IMG/VR virus record: IMGVR_UViG_3300007754_000006
Length of the DNA: 64,000 bases
Direction: 5' to 3' (one strand)
Origin: an uncultured virus (IMG/VR IMGVR_UViG_3300007754_000006)
Lineage: Duplodnaviria; Heunggongvirae; Uroviricota; Caudoviricetes
The first letter of the stretch is position 1; each line of letters opens with the position of its first letter. The notes beneath the pieces are model-generated. The model made no database searches, had not been told where the DNA came from, and saw only the letters and a program-made list of their open reading frames with translations. Below are positions 1 to 10,600 of this stretch, piece after piece. The position numbers and the translations under genes were made by a program.

Positions 1-387
1 CGGCTCGATGTGGATATCGAGCCGGAGGACCACGATCCGTGCCAAGTGACCCGCCAAGGGCTCCACAAACGGGCTGCTCGCGTCCCCTACCTTGATGGTG
101 TCCTTCTCGAACTCCAGCTTCCCCTCGGCTCGGAACAAGAACATCCAGCCACGGTCTGTCTGGTGTCCAGCGGGACACGCCCCTTTCCACAGACAGCACC
201 CGAACCCAGGCATCCCGAACTCCGGAGGTTCCGGGTGCTCGTGGGTGATCAGGACAGACGCTTCCTTCCTGTAGAAGTCCCCCAGCAAATCCTTGACGGA
301 TTGCGGAGACCCTCCATCAGCAGGAAGAACAAACAGGTCCCCATTGTGGACGTAGAACTCACCACGGATGATTCGAAGGTATCGCAT
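1..387 (-). CDS. hypothetical protein (runs off window start)
   Basis: ATG at 387 (MRYLRIIRGEFYVHNGDLF...), 8 nt after the stop of the upstream ORF; frame appears open to position 1. Confidence 0.55.
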   Translation of the reverse strand, partial: MRYLRIIRGEFYVHNGDLFVLPADGGSPQSVKDLLGDFYRKEASVLITHEHPEPPEFGMPGFGCCLWKGACPAGHQTDRGWMFLFRAEGKLEFEKDTIKVGDASSPFVEPLAGHLARIVVLRLDIHIEP

Positions 388-395
388 GCCCGGAG

Positions 396-1520
396 TTACC
401 GGACGAGAGACGACACAAACTTCCGAGCCACGTTGTCCACGATCTGCAGGGAGGCGAGACGCGCCGTCCCTCTGGTAGCGTCCTGGATGATCTCCATGAT
501 CTCCCGCTTCCGAGTGATCAGGTCCGCGACGGGGCCTTCGGACAGGACCTGCTGCATCGCGGGAAGGACCTTGTTCAGGAAGGTCTTGCGGGCAGAGACA
601 TCGGAGGACTTGCCCTTGTACTCAGCACGGGTGATCTCCGCCACCTGCTGGGCAAGCTCCTTGGGAGAGACTCCGATCCCCTTGGAGGTGATCTTGAGGA
701 CGTCAGGGTTCGTCCGTACCACATGCCAGATGGCGCGCTGCGCCGGGGTCTTCAGAGCGCGGAGCATATCCGCATTCATGAGACGGGTGACCTCAGGGTT
801 CTGGAGGACGCGGGCCGCCAGGTCCACGAAGTGCTGGGAGGAGATGGGGTCCTCTTGAACCAGCATGTCACCGAGAGTAGGGCCGCCTGCTTCTCCCGAG
901 CTCGATGCGGGGGCATCCAAGGAGCGAGCCCATGCCTCTTCCTGCCGCGTCTTCCGAACGATGTCCATGGCCCGGTTGAAGGACTCCTTGGAGGCGATAG
1001 ACTTGATCCCTGCGATGGTGAGCTTCGGGCGCCCCTGGGCCTTGGTTCCCAAGTAGTAGAACACACCCTTGTTGGGACCGTACTTGATCCACTTGAGGGT
1101 GAGGGGAGACACACCGATAGCGAGGGAGGAGGCGATGTCCTCCGCAGAGAGACCCCGGATCGCCTGGTGGCGGTCGAGAGCCCGACGAGCCCCCCAGATC
1201 AGGCTGTCGTAGAACCCGAGATCCCGGTCACCGACCATGAGGGCAGACTCGCCCGTCTTCTGGAACTTGGCACGGAGAACATCGGCGATGGGATCAGAGG
1301 CCCCAGAGGCCAGAGCCTCACGCGCAGCACGGAAATGGGGAGTCGGGTTCCGGGCGATGGAACCAGGGGCAGATCCCAGGAGGCCCTCTATGTAGGAAGC
1401 CCGCGCAACGACGTCGTCATTGAGGGCAGCTGTCCTGAGGAGAACAGAGAAGAACTCCCGCAGGAACCCATCGGGAGCCCGGGAAGCGAGGAGGCGGAGG
1501 GATGAGGAGATTCGATACAT
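396..1520 (-). CDS. divergent sigma-factor-like protein
   Basis: region-2-like 'LSAEDIA...SIASKESFNRAMDIVRK', region-3.2-like 'SLDAP...TLGDML', C-terminal helical/HTH-like segment; weak, by eye. Confidence 0.45.
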   Translation of the reverse strand: MYRISSSLRLLASRAPDGFLREFFSVLLRTAALNDDVVARASYIEGLLGSAPGSIARNPTPHFRAAREALASGASDPIADVLRAKFQKTGESALMVGDRDLGFYDSLIWGARRALDRHQAIRGLSAEDIASSLAIGVSPLTLKWIKYGPNKGVFYYLGTKAQGRPKLTIAGIKSIASKESFNRAMDIVRKTRQEEAWARSLDAPASSSGEAGGPTLGDMLVQEDPISSQHFVDLAARVLQNPEVTRLMNADMLRALKTPAQRAIWHVVRTNPDVLKITSKGIGVSPKELAQQVAEITRAEYKGKSSDVSARKTFLNKVLPAMQQVLSEGPVADLITRKREIMEIIQDATRGTARLASLQIVDNVARKFVSSLVR

Positions 1521-1575
1521 GAGGGCCTCGGGAACTCATGTGCTACAGGGAATAGCGTCTCTACTGGAAGACCCA

Positions 1576-1603
1576 GTTTCTTTCCGGAAATGCCAGGCGT
1601 AAC
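1576..1603 (+). promoter_or_regulatory. bipartite promoter motif GTTTC-N15-GGCGTAAC
   Basis: same motif and exact 15-nt spacer as 10 other copies; upstream of ORF 1750. Confidence 0.65.
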
Positions 1604-1749
1604 GTCCTCGAACCTTCCACTCCAGGACCCTGTACCGCGTTATATTTCCTGGGCCGGGATTGGCATTGCTCCTCTGGAAGCCCGCCGCGAAACTCCCGGA
1701 TAACAGACCATACATCAACCCGTGCCCTACTGGGCCAGTGGTGACCAAT

Positions 1750-2952
1750 ATGAAACTGCAGTTCTCCCCTTCTGCTCTCTCCACGCTCGCGACGGCAATC
1801 GGCGAGCCCTCGGAAGACCTCGCCCACGACACCCGGCGAGCCATCGAGGGAATCCGCGACGCCGGCTACCCGACCCTGACCCGGAAGGACGTGACTACCG
1901 TCCTGTACACGATGGGTTGGGCAAAGCCCATCGACTGGGTGACCATCCGCGACATCGTGTCCAAGCTGAAGAAGGCCAGCGGCCGGGGCGTGTACCAGAC
2001 CGAGACCACTCTGGATGCACCGCCGACCGAGGAGGAGACACCCAAGAAGAAGCGGCGGGTGATCGTGATCCACGAGGAACCCACCGTGACCACCCGATGG
2101 TTCGAGAAGGAGATCCGGGACAACGGACTCCTGGACTCGGTGGCTCGACGCCTCTCCGGCCAGTTCCCCTACGAGACCTTCCGGGACCTGCGTTCGATGG
2201 CAGGCGAGAAGATCGCCAAGCTGAGCGCCCAGGGCTACTGTGACGAGAAGATTCTGGCCGGGAACCCTCCGTCCATCGGCGCGGTCACCTACTGGTGCAA
2301 GCAGTACGTGGTCAACGAGCTGACCAAGATGGCCCAGGACGCCCACCTCCGGGAGACCAAGGGAGTCCGGACGACTCTCGAGCGGAACCGACGCAAGGAG
2401 GAAGGACGGGACCACATCCACGAGGACTCCCGGAACCGGGTCGGGACCCACAAGGTCCATCGGCGACGAACGGACTCAGGGGAGATCCGGGAGGAGATCA
2501 TCGAAGTGGAGCCGGCGGAGAGCCTGGCGGCCCTGATGACCGAGGACGAGCTCAGCCTGGCACGGGACATCGTCCGGGTCCGGCGGGGACGACGGGCGGA
2601 GAGGTACGCCCGAGTGTTCGATCACCTCATGGAAGGGAGGGACAAGAAGCAGATTGGGGAGATCGAGGAGATCCCCGAGGGACAGGCGAGCGGGTTGGTG
2701 CAGAAGGTCCGTAGCGACCTTCGGGCAGGACCGGAGCTCCTCCAGGTTGCACTCAAGGTGCTGAAGCTGGTGGCCGAGGAGCCCTTCTCCACGAGAGGAG
2801 AGATCGAGGAGGAGGTCACAACCGAGAGCACGGAGCCGGGGCAGGCCCTGGACCTCCTCAAGATGCGGGGGTTGGTCGAGGAGGCCAAGGGAGAGAGCTT
2901 CCTCGTCAGCCAGTGGGGGGAGACTTCCCTCATGGCAGGTGAGATCCACTGA
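1750..2952 (+). CDS. sigma-factor-like / multi-HTH transcription factor
   Basis: sigma region-4-like HTH 'RYARVFDHLMEGRDKKQIGEIEEIPEGQASGLVQKVRSDL' plus C-terminal winged-helix-like 'STRGEIEEEV...ALDLLKMRGLVEE'. Confidence 0.5.
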   Translation: MKLQFSPSALSTLATAIGEPSEDLAHDTRRAIEGIRDAGYPTLTRKDVTTVLYTMGWAKPIDWVTIRDIVSKLKKASGRGVYQTETTLDAPPTEEETPKKKRRVIVIHEEPTVTTRWFEKEIRDNGLLDSVARRLSGQFPYETFRDLRSMAGEKIAKLSAQGYCDEKILAGNPPSIGAVTYWCKQYVVNELTKMAQDAHLRETKGVRTTLERNRRKEEGRDHIHEDSRNRVGTHKVHRRRTDSGEIREEIIEVEPAESLAALMTEDELSLARDIVRVRRGRRAERYARVFDHLMEGRDKKQIGEIEEIPEGQASGLVQKVRSDLRAGPELLQVALKVLKLVAEEPFSTRGEIEEEVTTESTEPGQALDLLKMRGLVEEAKGESFLVSQWGETSLMAGEIH

Positions 2953-3412
2953 TCGATTAGGGGGTCCGGAGAGAAGTTTTTTAGACCTCCCCCGGACCCC
3001 CTCCAGCAGCAGTGTAGTCTGCTGTCAGCAGAGAAGGGACCAGAGCCCTTCTCGGTATCGGTGGGTGTGTCCCTCAGGACCGCCAATAATCCTCCAGGAG
3101 GAGGATGGGAGAGTCGAGAGGGAAGGGGTTACGGAGAAGTGAGGGGATGTCATCCGTTTTTTTATGGGCGGAAGTCAGTGGTAAAAACGAGACCACCCGG
3201 GAAGCCTCGAAAGACAACCCGGGTGGCGAGGATTTGCAGGCATCCGAGGACACCTGCAGGAGAACCGAACCTTTCGTATTAGAGGCGCTGTTCGCCGCGC
3301 CGGTTATAGGTCCTCCAAGACTTTCCGAGAGAGGAGTTGGTAGCTCCTATCCGGATCGGGGATCCTCATCCCCGTGGCTGGTCACCATCACTTCTTACTC
3401 CGAAAGAAATCG

Positions 3413-5227
3413 ATGGCAACTGGAACGAACTCCTCAGCCAAGCCTCATTTTCAAGTCGAACTTAACCTGTCTGTACCGTTTCAGGCGGGGAAAGCCGTCG
3501 TACAGCTGACTTTCGTTCCGGAAATATGCTCTCGTTCGGTGGCCCCTATTGAAGCTGTATGGGGGGACGTTTTCGAAGAAGTTCACCTGGTCGAAGCGAA
3601 GAAGCAAGCTCCCAGCGTGATCCCAGCGACCTTCAAAGAGAGGTCGTTACACTGGACGAATCAGCATAGACCACGGGCGACGGACGCCCTCTCTACGACG
3701 TGTCTCATGTTCGACATGGACGAGGGAGACCTCGATCCCATCGATATAGAGGACATGCTCGAGCACTTCCGGTTGGGAGGCACCTATTGGTCCACCTGGA
3801 GTTCCCAACCGGGGGCTCGTCGGTGGCGTATCGCGGTCCCTCTGTCCCGTCCCATCTCGGCCAAGGTGCAGCCTACTCTATGGGGTGGGTGGTCCGGCGC
3901 ATTCAACCGTTGGCTCCAGCAAAACGTCGACAAGAACCGTTGGGAGTGGGTTGATAAAAAAGCCAAGGAGCGGACTCAACTCGCCATCCTCCCTTGCTGC
4001 CCGCCTCTGAAAAGTAGGCAGTTCATGAAGAACGGGTGGGGAGGTATGGTCCCTGATCCCGTACATGTCGATGGGGACGCCGTAGACCCAGGAGAGCTCG
4101 AAGCGGTCAGTTCGATCAAACACTACCGGAACCGCATCCTCTGTTTCGCCCGGAACCGGACTGAGAGGAAGACAATCGTCGGTGTTCGGGTCAAGAGGCC
4201 CTCCCCCTACAAGCCCGTGGGGTCGACGGAGACCGCCCGCAATGATGCCCTTGGATGGAGGAAGAATCGGACGGCGACGCCGATGCCAATGGCCTCCCTT
4301 GATGCGGTCCAATACCTGCGGGAGAACGGGCTGGGAAGCCCCGGTGGTCGAGGTTCCGCACTGTACGGGGCGATCTTCGCTTGCTTCCGTACGGGGATGG
4401 CCTTGGACAAGATCAAGGAAATCGCCAAGGACTGTATCGACCGAACCCCGGGGAAGACAGCCAAGCTGCATAGGGAGGCACGGGGCCACCTACAGAGGTT
4501 CCACAGCTGGAACCAGAAGGCAGGGGCCTGGCTCCACGTAGCTCAACGGGCTCTCTTCGGTGGGGGCCATGTACATGAAGAGCACGAGGCTGCTGCGGAG
4601 AGGATGCTGGTCCTGATCTCCCGACACCGCCATCTCGAGCGGGAACAGGGTGGCGCCCTATCCTTCCTGGAGATCTCCAAGATCATTGGCCTTCAGGTCA
4701 AGGTTCCTGTAATGTGGCGGAACATCCTAACGGAGAACGGCCTCCTCTCGCAGTCGGGTGAGAAGCTGGAGCGTCGGTACAAGCTGGTCAGACCAGAGCC
4801 CGTCCGGAATACCGCCCCCGTCGAGTCTTCCGATGTGTACGAGCCTCCTCGGAAAGTGAAGAAGCCGACGCTACAGGGGCTGGATTCCCTTCTTCATCCG
4901 AACCCTGATGTACGACACCCCTCCCCGCCGGATCCAGACCCCGAGCCTGAACCTGTTCAGCTGAAGAAGGAGCGGAAGCCTCCGCGGAGTCGCTTCAAGA
5001 CGAACTCCCCTGCATACCGAGCTCTCAAGAAGGTCATCTCGGAGGAGTTCCGTGGGTACGAGGATGAGATCCCTGTCAAGGACGGCCGGATTGAGCCTGA
5101 CTGGCTCCGTGAAACCGTTCTTCTGCTTCGACAGATGAAGCGGACCAAGCAGGAGAAGTTCAAGAGGATCAGGACCCGCTGGGTCGAGGATATCCTCCTC
5201 GAACTCGTCTCCCTATCCTCCCAGTAG
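3413..5227 (+). CDS. archaeo-eukaryotic primase (primase-polymerase) family protein with PriCT-like domain
   Basis: 'LMFDMDEG' (DxD), 'YWSTWSS...RRWRIAVPLSRPI', and 'GGRGSALY' PriCT-like motif. Confidence 0.65.
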   Translation: MATGTNSSAKPHFQVELNLSVPFQAGKAVVQLTFVPEICSRSVAPIEAVWGDVFEEVHLVEAKKQAPSVIPATFKERSLHWTNQHRPRATDALSTTCLMFDMDEGDLDPIDIEDMLEHFRLGGTYWSTWSSQPGARRWRIAVPLSRPISAKVQPTLWGGWSGAFNRWLQQNVDKNRWEWVDKKAKERTQLAILPCCPPLKSRQFMKNGWGGMVPDPVHVDGDAVDPGELEAVSSIKHYRNRILCFARNRTERKTIVGVRVKRPSPYKPVGSTETARNDALGWRKNRTATPMPMASLDAVQYLRENGLGSPGGRGSALYGAIFACFRTGMALDKIKEIAKDCIDRTPGKTAKLHREARGHLQRFHSWNQKAGAWLHVAQRALFGGGHVHEEHEAAAERMLVLISRHRHLEREQGGALSFLEISKIIGLQVKVPVMWRNILTENGLLSQSGEKLERRYKLVRPEPVRNTAPVESSDVYEPPRKVKKPTLQGLDSLLHPNPDVRHPSPPDPDPEPEPVQLKKERKPPRSRFKTNSPAYRALKKVISEEFRGYEDEIPVKDGRIEPDWLRETVLLLRQMKRTKQEKFKRIRTRWVEDILLELVSLSSQ

Positions 5228-5230
5228 GCC

Positions 5231-5728
5231 ATGCGACTCAACCTAACAGCACTCGAGCTTTCCCAAGTCCTCCCGGTCCCTCTCCTCCTGATCATCGAGG
5301 GGAAGGCGAGCCCTGCGTTCCCAGGCTCCACCAGAGGAAGGCCCTCCCCTTGGGTTGGGGTCATCCCAACCAAGCCAGACCCACTCTTCTCCCGGTTCTG
5401 CCAGGTCCGCATTTCCGGCACTCAGTGGAACTCCGTCGCCGTTCCTGTCCTCCAAGAAGACCGATGGGCTCTCTGGAGAGGCTCCCTTGCCGCTGACGAT
5501 ATAGGGCATGACCTCACTGTCCTTCTCGATGTATATGGTCCGTCTGCTCAGGTAGTGTTCTCCACCGGAACCGCTGCGGGAACCTCCGCTATCCCTCTCG
5601 AGTCTACGGGGAATCTCCTCTCCTGCGATGACCTCCGTGACCGAGATCTCCCCCAGTCTCGGACCCAGAACTATCTGGACTCCCTCGCTGCTCGGGTCCT
5701 CGCTGTGGCAGAGGCCGCAGGCTACTGA
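5231..5728 (+). CDS. hypothetical protein
   Basis: 165 aa, starts 3 nt after primase stop. Confidence 0.6.
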   Translation: MRLNLTALELSQVLPVPLLLIIEGKASPAFPGSTRGRPSPWVGVIPTKPDPLFSRFCQVRISGTQWNSVAVPVLQEDRWALWRGSLAADDIGHDLTVLLDVYGPSAQVVFSTGTAAGTSAIPLESTGNLLSCDDLRDRDLPQSRTQNYLDSLAARVLAVAEAAGY

Positions 5729-5774
5729 GTCCCCATACACGCACAACGCGGTACATATGGTGGGCGGAGGGTGT

Positions 5775-5975
5775 ATGTCCAGACAGATCGTAACCAAGGG
5801 TGGGAACATCGGCAAGACGGTTGCCATTTCCTGCCGTGCTCGGAAGAAGTGCAAGGGGAAGCAAGCGCTGATCCAGATGAAGATCGTGGAGAACGGCCAA
5901 GTCACCACTCGGTACAAGTGTGCCGACTGCAGGGACGCGTTCAACATCACGACCGGCGGCGCGTTCCACGTCTGA
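5775..5975 (+). CDS. small zinc-ribbon protein
   Basis: GGAGG RBS; CxxxxxC...CxxC in 66 aa. Confidence 0.6.
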   Translation: MSRQIVTKGGNIGKTVAISCRARKKCKGKQALIQMKIVENGQVTTRYKCADCRDAFNITTGGAFHV

Positions 5976-5993
5976 CCTTCCACGGGTTCCTCA

Positions 5994-6617
5994 TTGACCC
6001 CCTTCTTGTTCCACGGGCCTGGTGCTCGGGACAAAGCCGTCCGTGCCTCCATGGAGCAGGGTCGGCCGATCAGTGACCCTGTCGGCGACGCCGGCCTCAA
6101 GGTCGCTGACTCCCGGGAGATCGTCGTCCTTGCGCTCAACTCAGGAGTAGGCTCCAAGCCTCCTACTCTGGTCCTTGGTCCGCTCGACCAAGCCACCATA
6201 GAGGCATCGGATGCTCTCCTGAAGACGCTCGAGGACCTCACCGAAGCCCCTCTACAGATCTTCCTCTGGGCCGACTTCCTCTCGGGGGTTCGCCCGACGA
6301 TCCTCTCGAGGACCCATCCTCAGTGGTGTCCCGCTCCTCCGGGCTCCCCAGACCTCCTTGGACACCTCCGGGAGGACGCCCTTTCCCTTTGTGCCGCCCT
6401 CCTCGTGGGAGACCCTGTAGGGATCTTGGCGGCGCTCAAGAGAGCTGAGGATCGGGAGTCCCTTGTAGAGTCCCTCCTATCCTGTCTCGCGGAAGAAGTT
6501 CAGGAAGGAGAGGACCCAGTCCCGTCTCTCCGTGTCTGGGAAGACCTGCGTCCGGTCCTCTCCGACGCCAAGAATCTGCTCACTGTATGTGACGCCCTGC
6601 TGCCTGCGGAGGACTGA
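5994..6617 (+). CDS. DNA polymerase III delta' (HolB)-like clamp loader subunit, compact
   Basis: 'FLFHGPG', 'ASDALLKTLED...IFLW...PTILSR' match HolB/DnaX signature motifs. Confidence 0.75.
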   Translation: MTPFLFHGPGARDKAVRASMEQGRPISDPVGDAGLKVADSREIVVLALNSGVGSKPPTLVLGPLDQATIEASDALLKTLEDLTEAPLQIFLWADFLSGVRPTILSRTHPQWCPAPPGSPDLLGHLREDALSLCAALLVGDPVGILAALKRAEDRESLVESLLSCLAEEVQEGEDPVPSLRVWEDLRPVLSDAKNLLTVCDALLPAED

Positions 6618-7597
6618 TGGGCTTCAGCTGGAAGAACCCTCCTGCTATCGCTGTCATTGGAGGGACCCAGGACTATCTGCGTCGCCGAGAGATCGCCAAC
6701 GCAATCCGCGTCTCTGCTTCGAACGGTGCGGATATCTCCTATGTCTCTTCCAAGGGGGAGATCTCCAGCATCATCGCCCAGTGCGCGGTCTTCTCTACGC
6801 CCCACCTCATCATTGCCTCTCCTGACCTCATCACCGAGTCTCTCCGGGACAGCCACAACTCCTCTCCTCCCTGTATCCTGGTACACATCCAAGGGAAGCT
6901 GAACCCCAAGAAGCATCCTTGGCTGGATGAGATGCTCTCCAGCCATATCATGGAGCATGTCAAGCCCACGAACCGGAAGGGGGAGCAGAAGCTTGCGATC
7001 AAGTTCGCCCAGGCGGAAGCTCGTCTTCAGATGGGGGCCAAGAGGAAGGCCATCGACCCCCGTCTGGCGGAAGCTCTGGTCTCCGCAGTAGGTTCTGACC
7101 TCGGAGTCGTCGCCTTCGAGATCTCCAAAGCAGCAGCCCTCGCTCGCCGGATGGGCAAAGAAGAGATCGGGATTGCTCAGATCCAGAAGACTATTCGTCC
7201 AGGGTCGTTCACGGACTTGGGTCCGCTCCGAGAGGCTCTCAAGGTCCGGGACTCTGCTGAGGTCGCGTCCTCCCTGGTTCGAATCCGAAAGGCGGCCTCT
7301 GGGGATCCCGTGATGCTCCTCCTCCGAGCACGAGGCGGTCCTGGGGATCTCTCCCTATCTTGGCTCCAGGTAGCAACCCTCCTCAGCCGGGGGAAGTCAG
7401 AAGAGGAAATCTCGGGGCGTCTGGGGATGCCCAAGTGGATCGTTCGGGACCTCATCCCCACCGCCCGTTCTTGGGGTGTATCGAGACTCCGGAAGCTGGT
7501 CGCGGATTTAGCCCACGTAGAGCGCTCTATGTTGAGTGGCGCTCCTGCCCCGTGGGTATCTTGTGAGGCGGCTCTCCTGCAGGCATGTTGTGAATAG
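6617..7597 (+). CDS. DNA polymerase III delta (HolA)-like clamp loader subunit
   Basis: 'IGGTQDYLRRREI', 'LVSAVGSDLGVVAFEISKA', C-terminal helical bundle; coupled to holB-like gene. Confidence 0.7.
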   Translation: MGFSWKNPPAIAVIGGTQDYLRRREIANAIRVSASNGADISYVSSKGEISSIIAQCAVFSTPHLIIASPDLITESLRDSHNSSPPCILVHIQGKLNPKKHPWLDEMLSSHIMEHVKPTNRKGEQKLAIKFAQAEARLQMGAKRKAIDPRLAEALVSAVGSDLGVVAFEISKAAALARRMGKEEIGIAQIQKTIRPGSFTDLGPLREALKVRDSAEVASSLVRIRKAASGDPVMLLLRARGGPGDLSLSWLQVATLLSRGKSEEEISGRLGMPKWIVRDLIPTARSWGVSRLRKLVADLAHVERSMLSGAPAPWVSCEAALLQACCE

Positions 7598-7698
7598 ACA
7601 AGACCAGATAATGGTCTCTCCCAATATCCTGTAAATCACCACTTTCTACTTGCGCGCTGGACTCGCCGGCCCCAACCTCTGCAGCTGTTGGATGGAAT

Positions 7699-10600
7699 AT
7701 GGACATGCACCCCGGGATCGTTCCTTCCCCTCTCGCCCGCTCTCTGGTCAGTGACGATGTTGTGGAGGACCCCGATCAGGTCGTGTTTCCCAACGCCCTC
7801 TCCCGATTCGTCTTCACCCGCACTTACCCTCGTTGGCTTGAGGAAGAGAAGCGCCGGGAGACCTACGTGGAGGCCGTGGACCGCTACGTCAACTTCCTGT
7901 GGAACGAGCGGGAGATTCCCGACCACATCCTCGAGCGCATCCGCTCCGGGATTCTCCGCATGGACGTCCTTCCCTCCATGCGTGCGTTCTGGTCCGCTGG
8001 CAAGGCGGCCAAGCGCGACAACACCATGTTCTACAACTGCGCGTTCATCCCTCTGGACTCGCTGAAGAGCTTCGCGGAGCTCATGTACATCCTGATGATG
8101 GGCACGGGCATCGGCTACTCAGTCGAGTCTCGGTTCGTCAACAACCTTCCGGTCGTGGCCCCCACCACCGACGCTCCTCCCATCGAGTACGTGATCCCTG
8201 ACACCAGCACCGGCTGGATGGATGCCCTGTTCGATGGCATGACCTACATGTTCAAGGGCCAGCGGGTCAAGTATGACCCCTCCAAGGTCCGGAAGGCGGG
8301 GTCTCGTCTCAAGACCAAGGGTGGTCGCGCCTCGGGCCCCAAGCCTCTGGTGAACCTCCTCAAGTTCGTCACGGAGACCCTCCTGGCCGCTGCCGGTCGG
8401 AAGCTCACCACCGTCGAATGCAACGACATCGCTTGCTTCATTGGCGAGATCGTGATGGCGGGCGGAGTTCGCCGCGCAGCGCTCATTTCGTTCTCGGATC
8501 CGTGGGATGAGGGGATGCGGGACGCCAAGAAGTTCCCGATCTGTCTCGAGTGTGGCCACAAGTGGTCTGCCCACCTCTCCGTGGATGCGGACTCCCGGAA
8601 GAAGGACTCCCCCAACACCCATCTGGTCAAGGAACACGGCATGACCGAAGCCGAGTACCTGGCCAAGTATCCCGATGCCTACCTGGGATTCGGCTCCCAC
8701 CGCTTCATGGCCAACAACTCTGCGGTCTGGCCGGAGCGCCCCAACCGGGAGACCTTCTACAAGGAGTGGGAAGCTCTCCGTGCCTCAGGCTCGGGCGAGC
8801 GTGGCATCTTCCAGTTCCCCCCACAGAAGCGTGCCAAGCGTCGGAGCGACTGCCGGTGCAACCCCTGTCTCACCGGAGATACCCTGGTGGCTGTGGCTGA
8901 TGGTCGCGGCGCGGTTTCGTTCCGGGAACTGGCCGACGCGGATGACGATGTTCCGGTCTATTCCTACGACGAGAACCGGAACATCGTGGTTCGTATGATG
9001 CGCGCCCCTCGCCTGACCGCCGAGAAGGTCCCGGTGTTCCGTGTCACGCTGGACGACGGAACCACCTTCCGGGCTACTCCAGACCACAAGTTCATCACCC
9101 GCGAAGGAGTCGAGAAGCGGGTGGATGAGCTGGCACCCGGGGACCGCCTCCAGGTCCTCAGCCGCTGGCTCGCCCCCACGAAGAAGGGTGGCCAGGACTA
9201 CTGGTGGGTCTCTGGCGGTTGGCAGGGCACGGGCATGGAGCACCGTCGGATCGCCGAGTTCCTCCTGGATCGTTCTCTCAGCAGGGACGAGGTCGTACAC
9301 CATCGGGACTACGACGGAGCAAACAACAACTGGAGCAACCTCGAACCGATGACCAAGGCGGCCCACGATGACCTCCACCGGCAGGGCATGATGGGAGACC
9401 GGAATCCGATGCGCCGGGCAGCGACCGAGTGGTCCGAGGAGAAGTGGGCCGCCTACCGTTCGAAGATGAGCGCGTCGACCTCCGGAGAACGGAACGGTAG
9501 GTTCTGCGGTGCGTCTCACAATGAACTGCGTGATGCGGCGGAGCGTCTCACCCGAAGTCTGGGAAGACAGGCCACCCCATACGAATGGATCGAGTTCGCC
9601 TCCGCCAACGACCTCCCGACCTTCTTCACGGAGTGGCGTCGGAAATCCCTCGGGAGCATCGCGATGCTCCTCAAGACGGCTGCCGTCGAGCTGGGTTTCG
9701 AGACCTTTGACGCAGATCCCCGGGTCATCCGCAACTACCACAAGTGGGTTGCACAAGGCTACGAGGTCGACATCATCAATCGTCGTCTGGTCTTCACCAA
9801 GCAGTGTGAGAGGTGCGAGGGAGAGTTCACGACCACTCGCCGAGAGCACGGCATCTGCGCTGGGTGTGGAAGCACCTACCCCCAGGCCTTCCAGCACCTC
9901 CCCGAGCACCTGGGCCGTACCGACCAGCAGGTCCGCATCTACAACCAGATGAAGCTGGCTTCAGGCTCTACGCCCTCTCAGGACACCTTCTCTGCTCGGT
10001 GCCGAGCAGAAGGTGTCAGCCCCATTATCGCTCCTCGCAATTGGGATCGATTCGAGCAGCACTGCGGAGACGCCAATCACATCGTCGTCTCGGTCGAAGC
10101 GGACGGGGAGGAAGATGTCTTCAACGGCACCGTGGACGAGCACCACAACTTCTTCATCGGCGGGTGGGAATCCGAGACGAAATCAGGGAAGCCCAAGCGA
10201 CAGTTCGTGAACACTCAGAACTGTGGTGAGATCATGCTTCGGTTCTCTGAGTCCACCTGCCCCTGGACCGGCGAGGGTGGTGGAGGTCAGTTCTGCAACC
10301 TCACCGCTGCGGTGATGCGCGCCGAGGACACCAAGGAGAGCTTCGCCAAGAAGGTCTACCTGGCGGCCTGGATTGGTGTCATCCAATCCACCTTCACCAA
10401 CTTCCCCGTCCTCCGGCCTGCCTGGAAGCGCATCTGCGAAGAAGACCACCTCATCGGGGTCGACATCACCGGCCACTGCGACAACCCCAAGCTGTCGCAG
10501 GATCCCGAGGCTCTCCTCTACTTCAACCAGGTCGCTCGTGAAGCTGCCGCAGAGGCTGCCGCCTACATGGACATCCCGATGCCGGCTGCCGTCACCTGTG

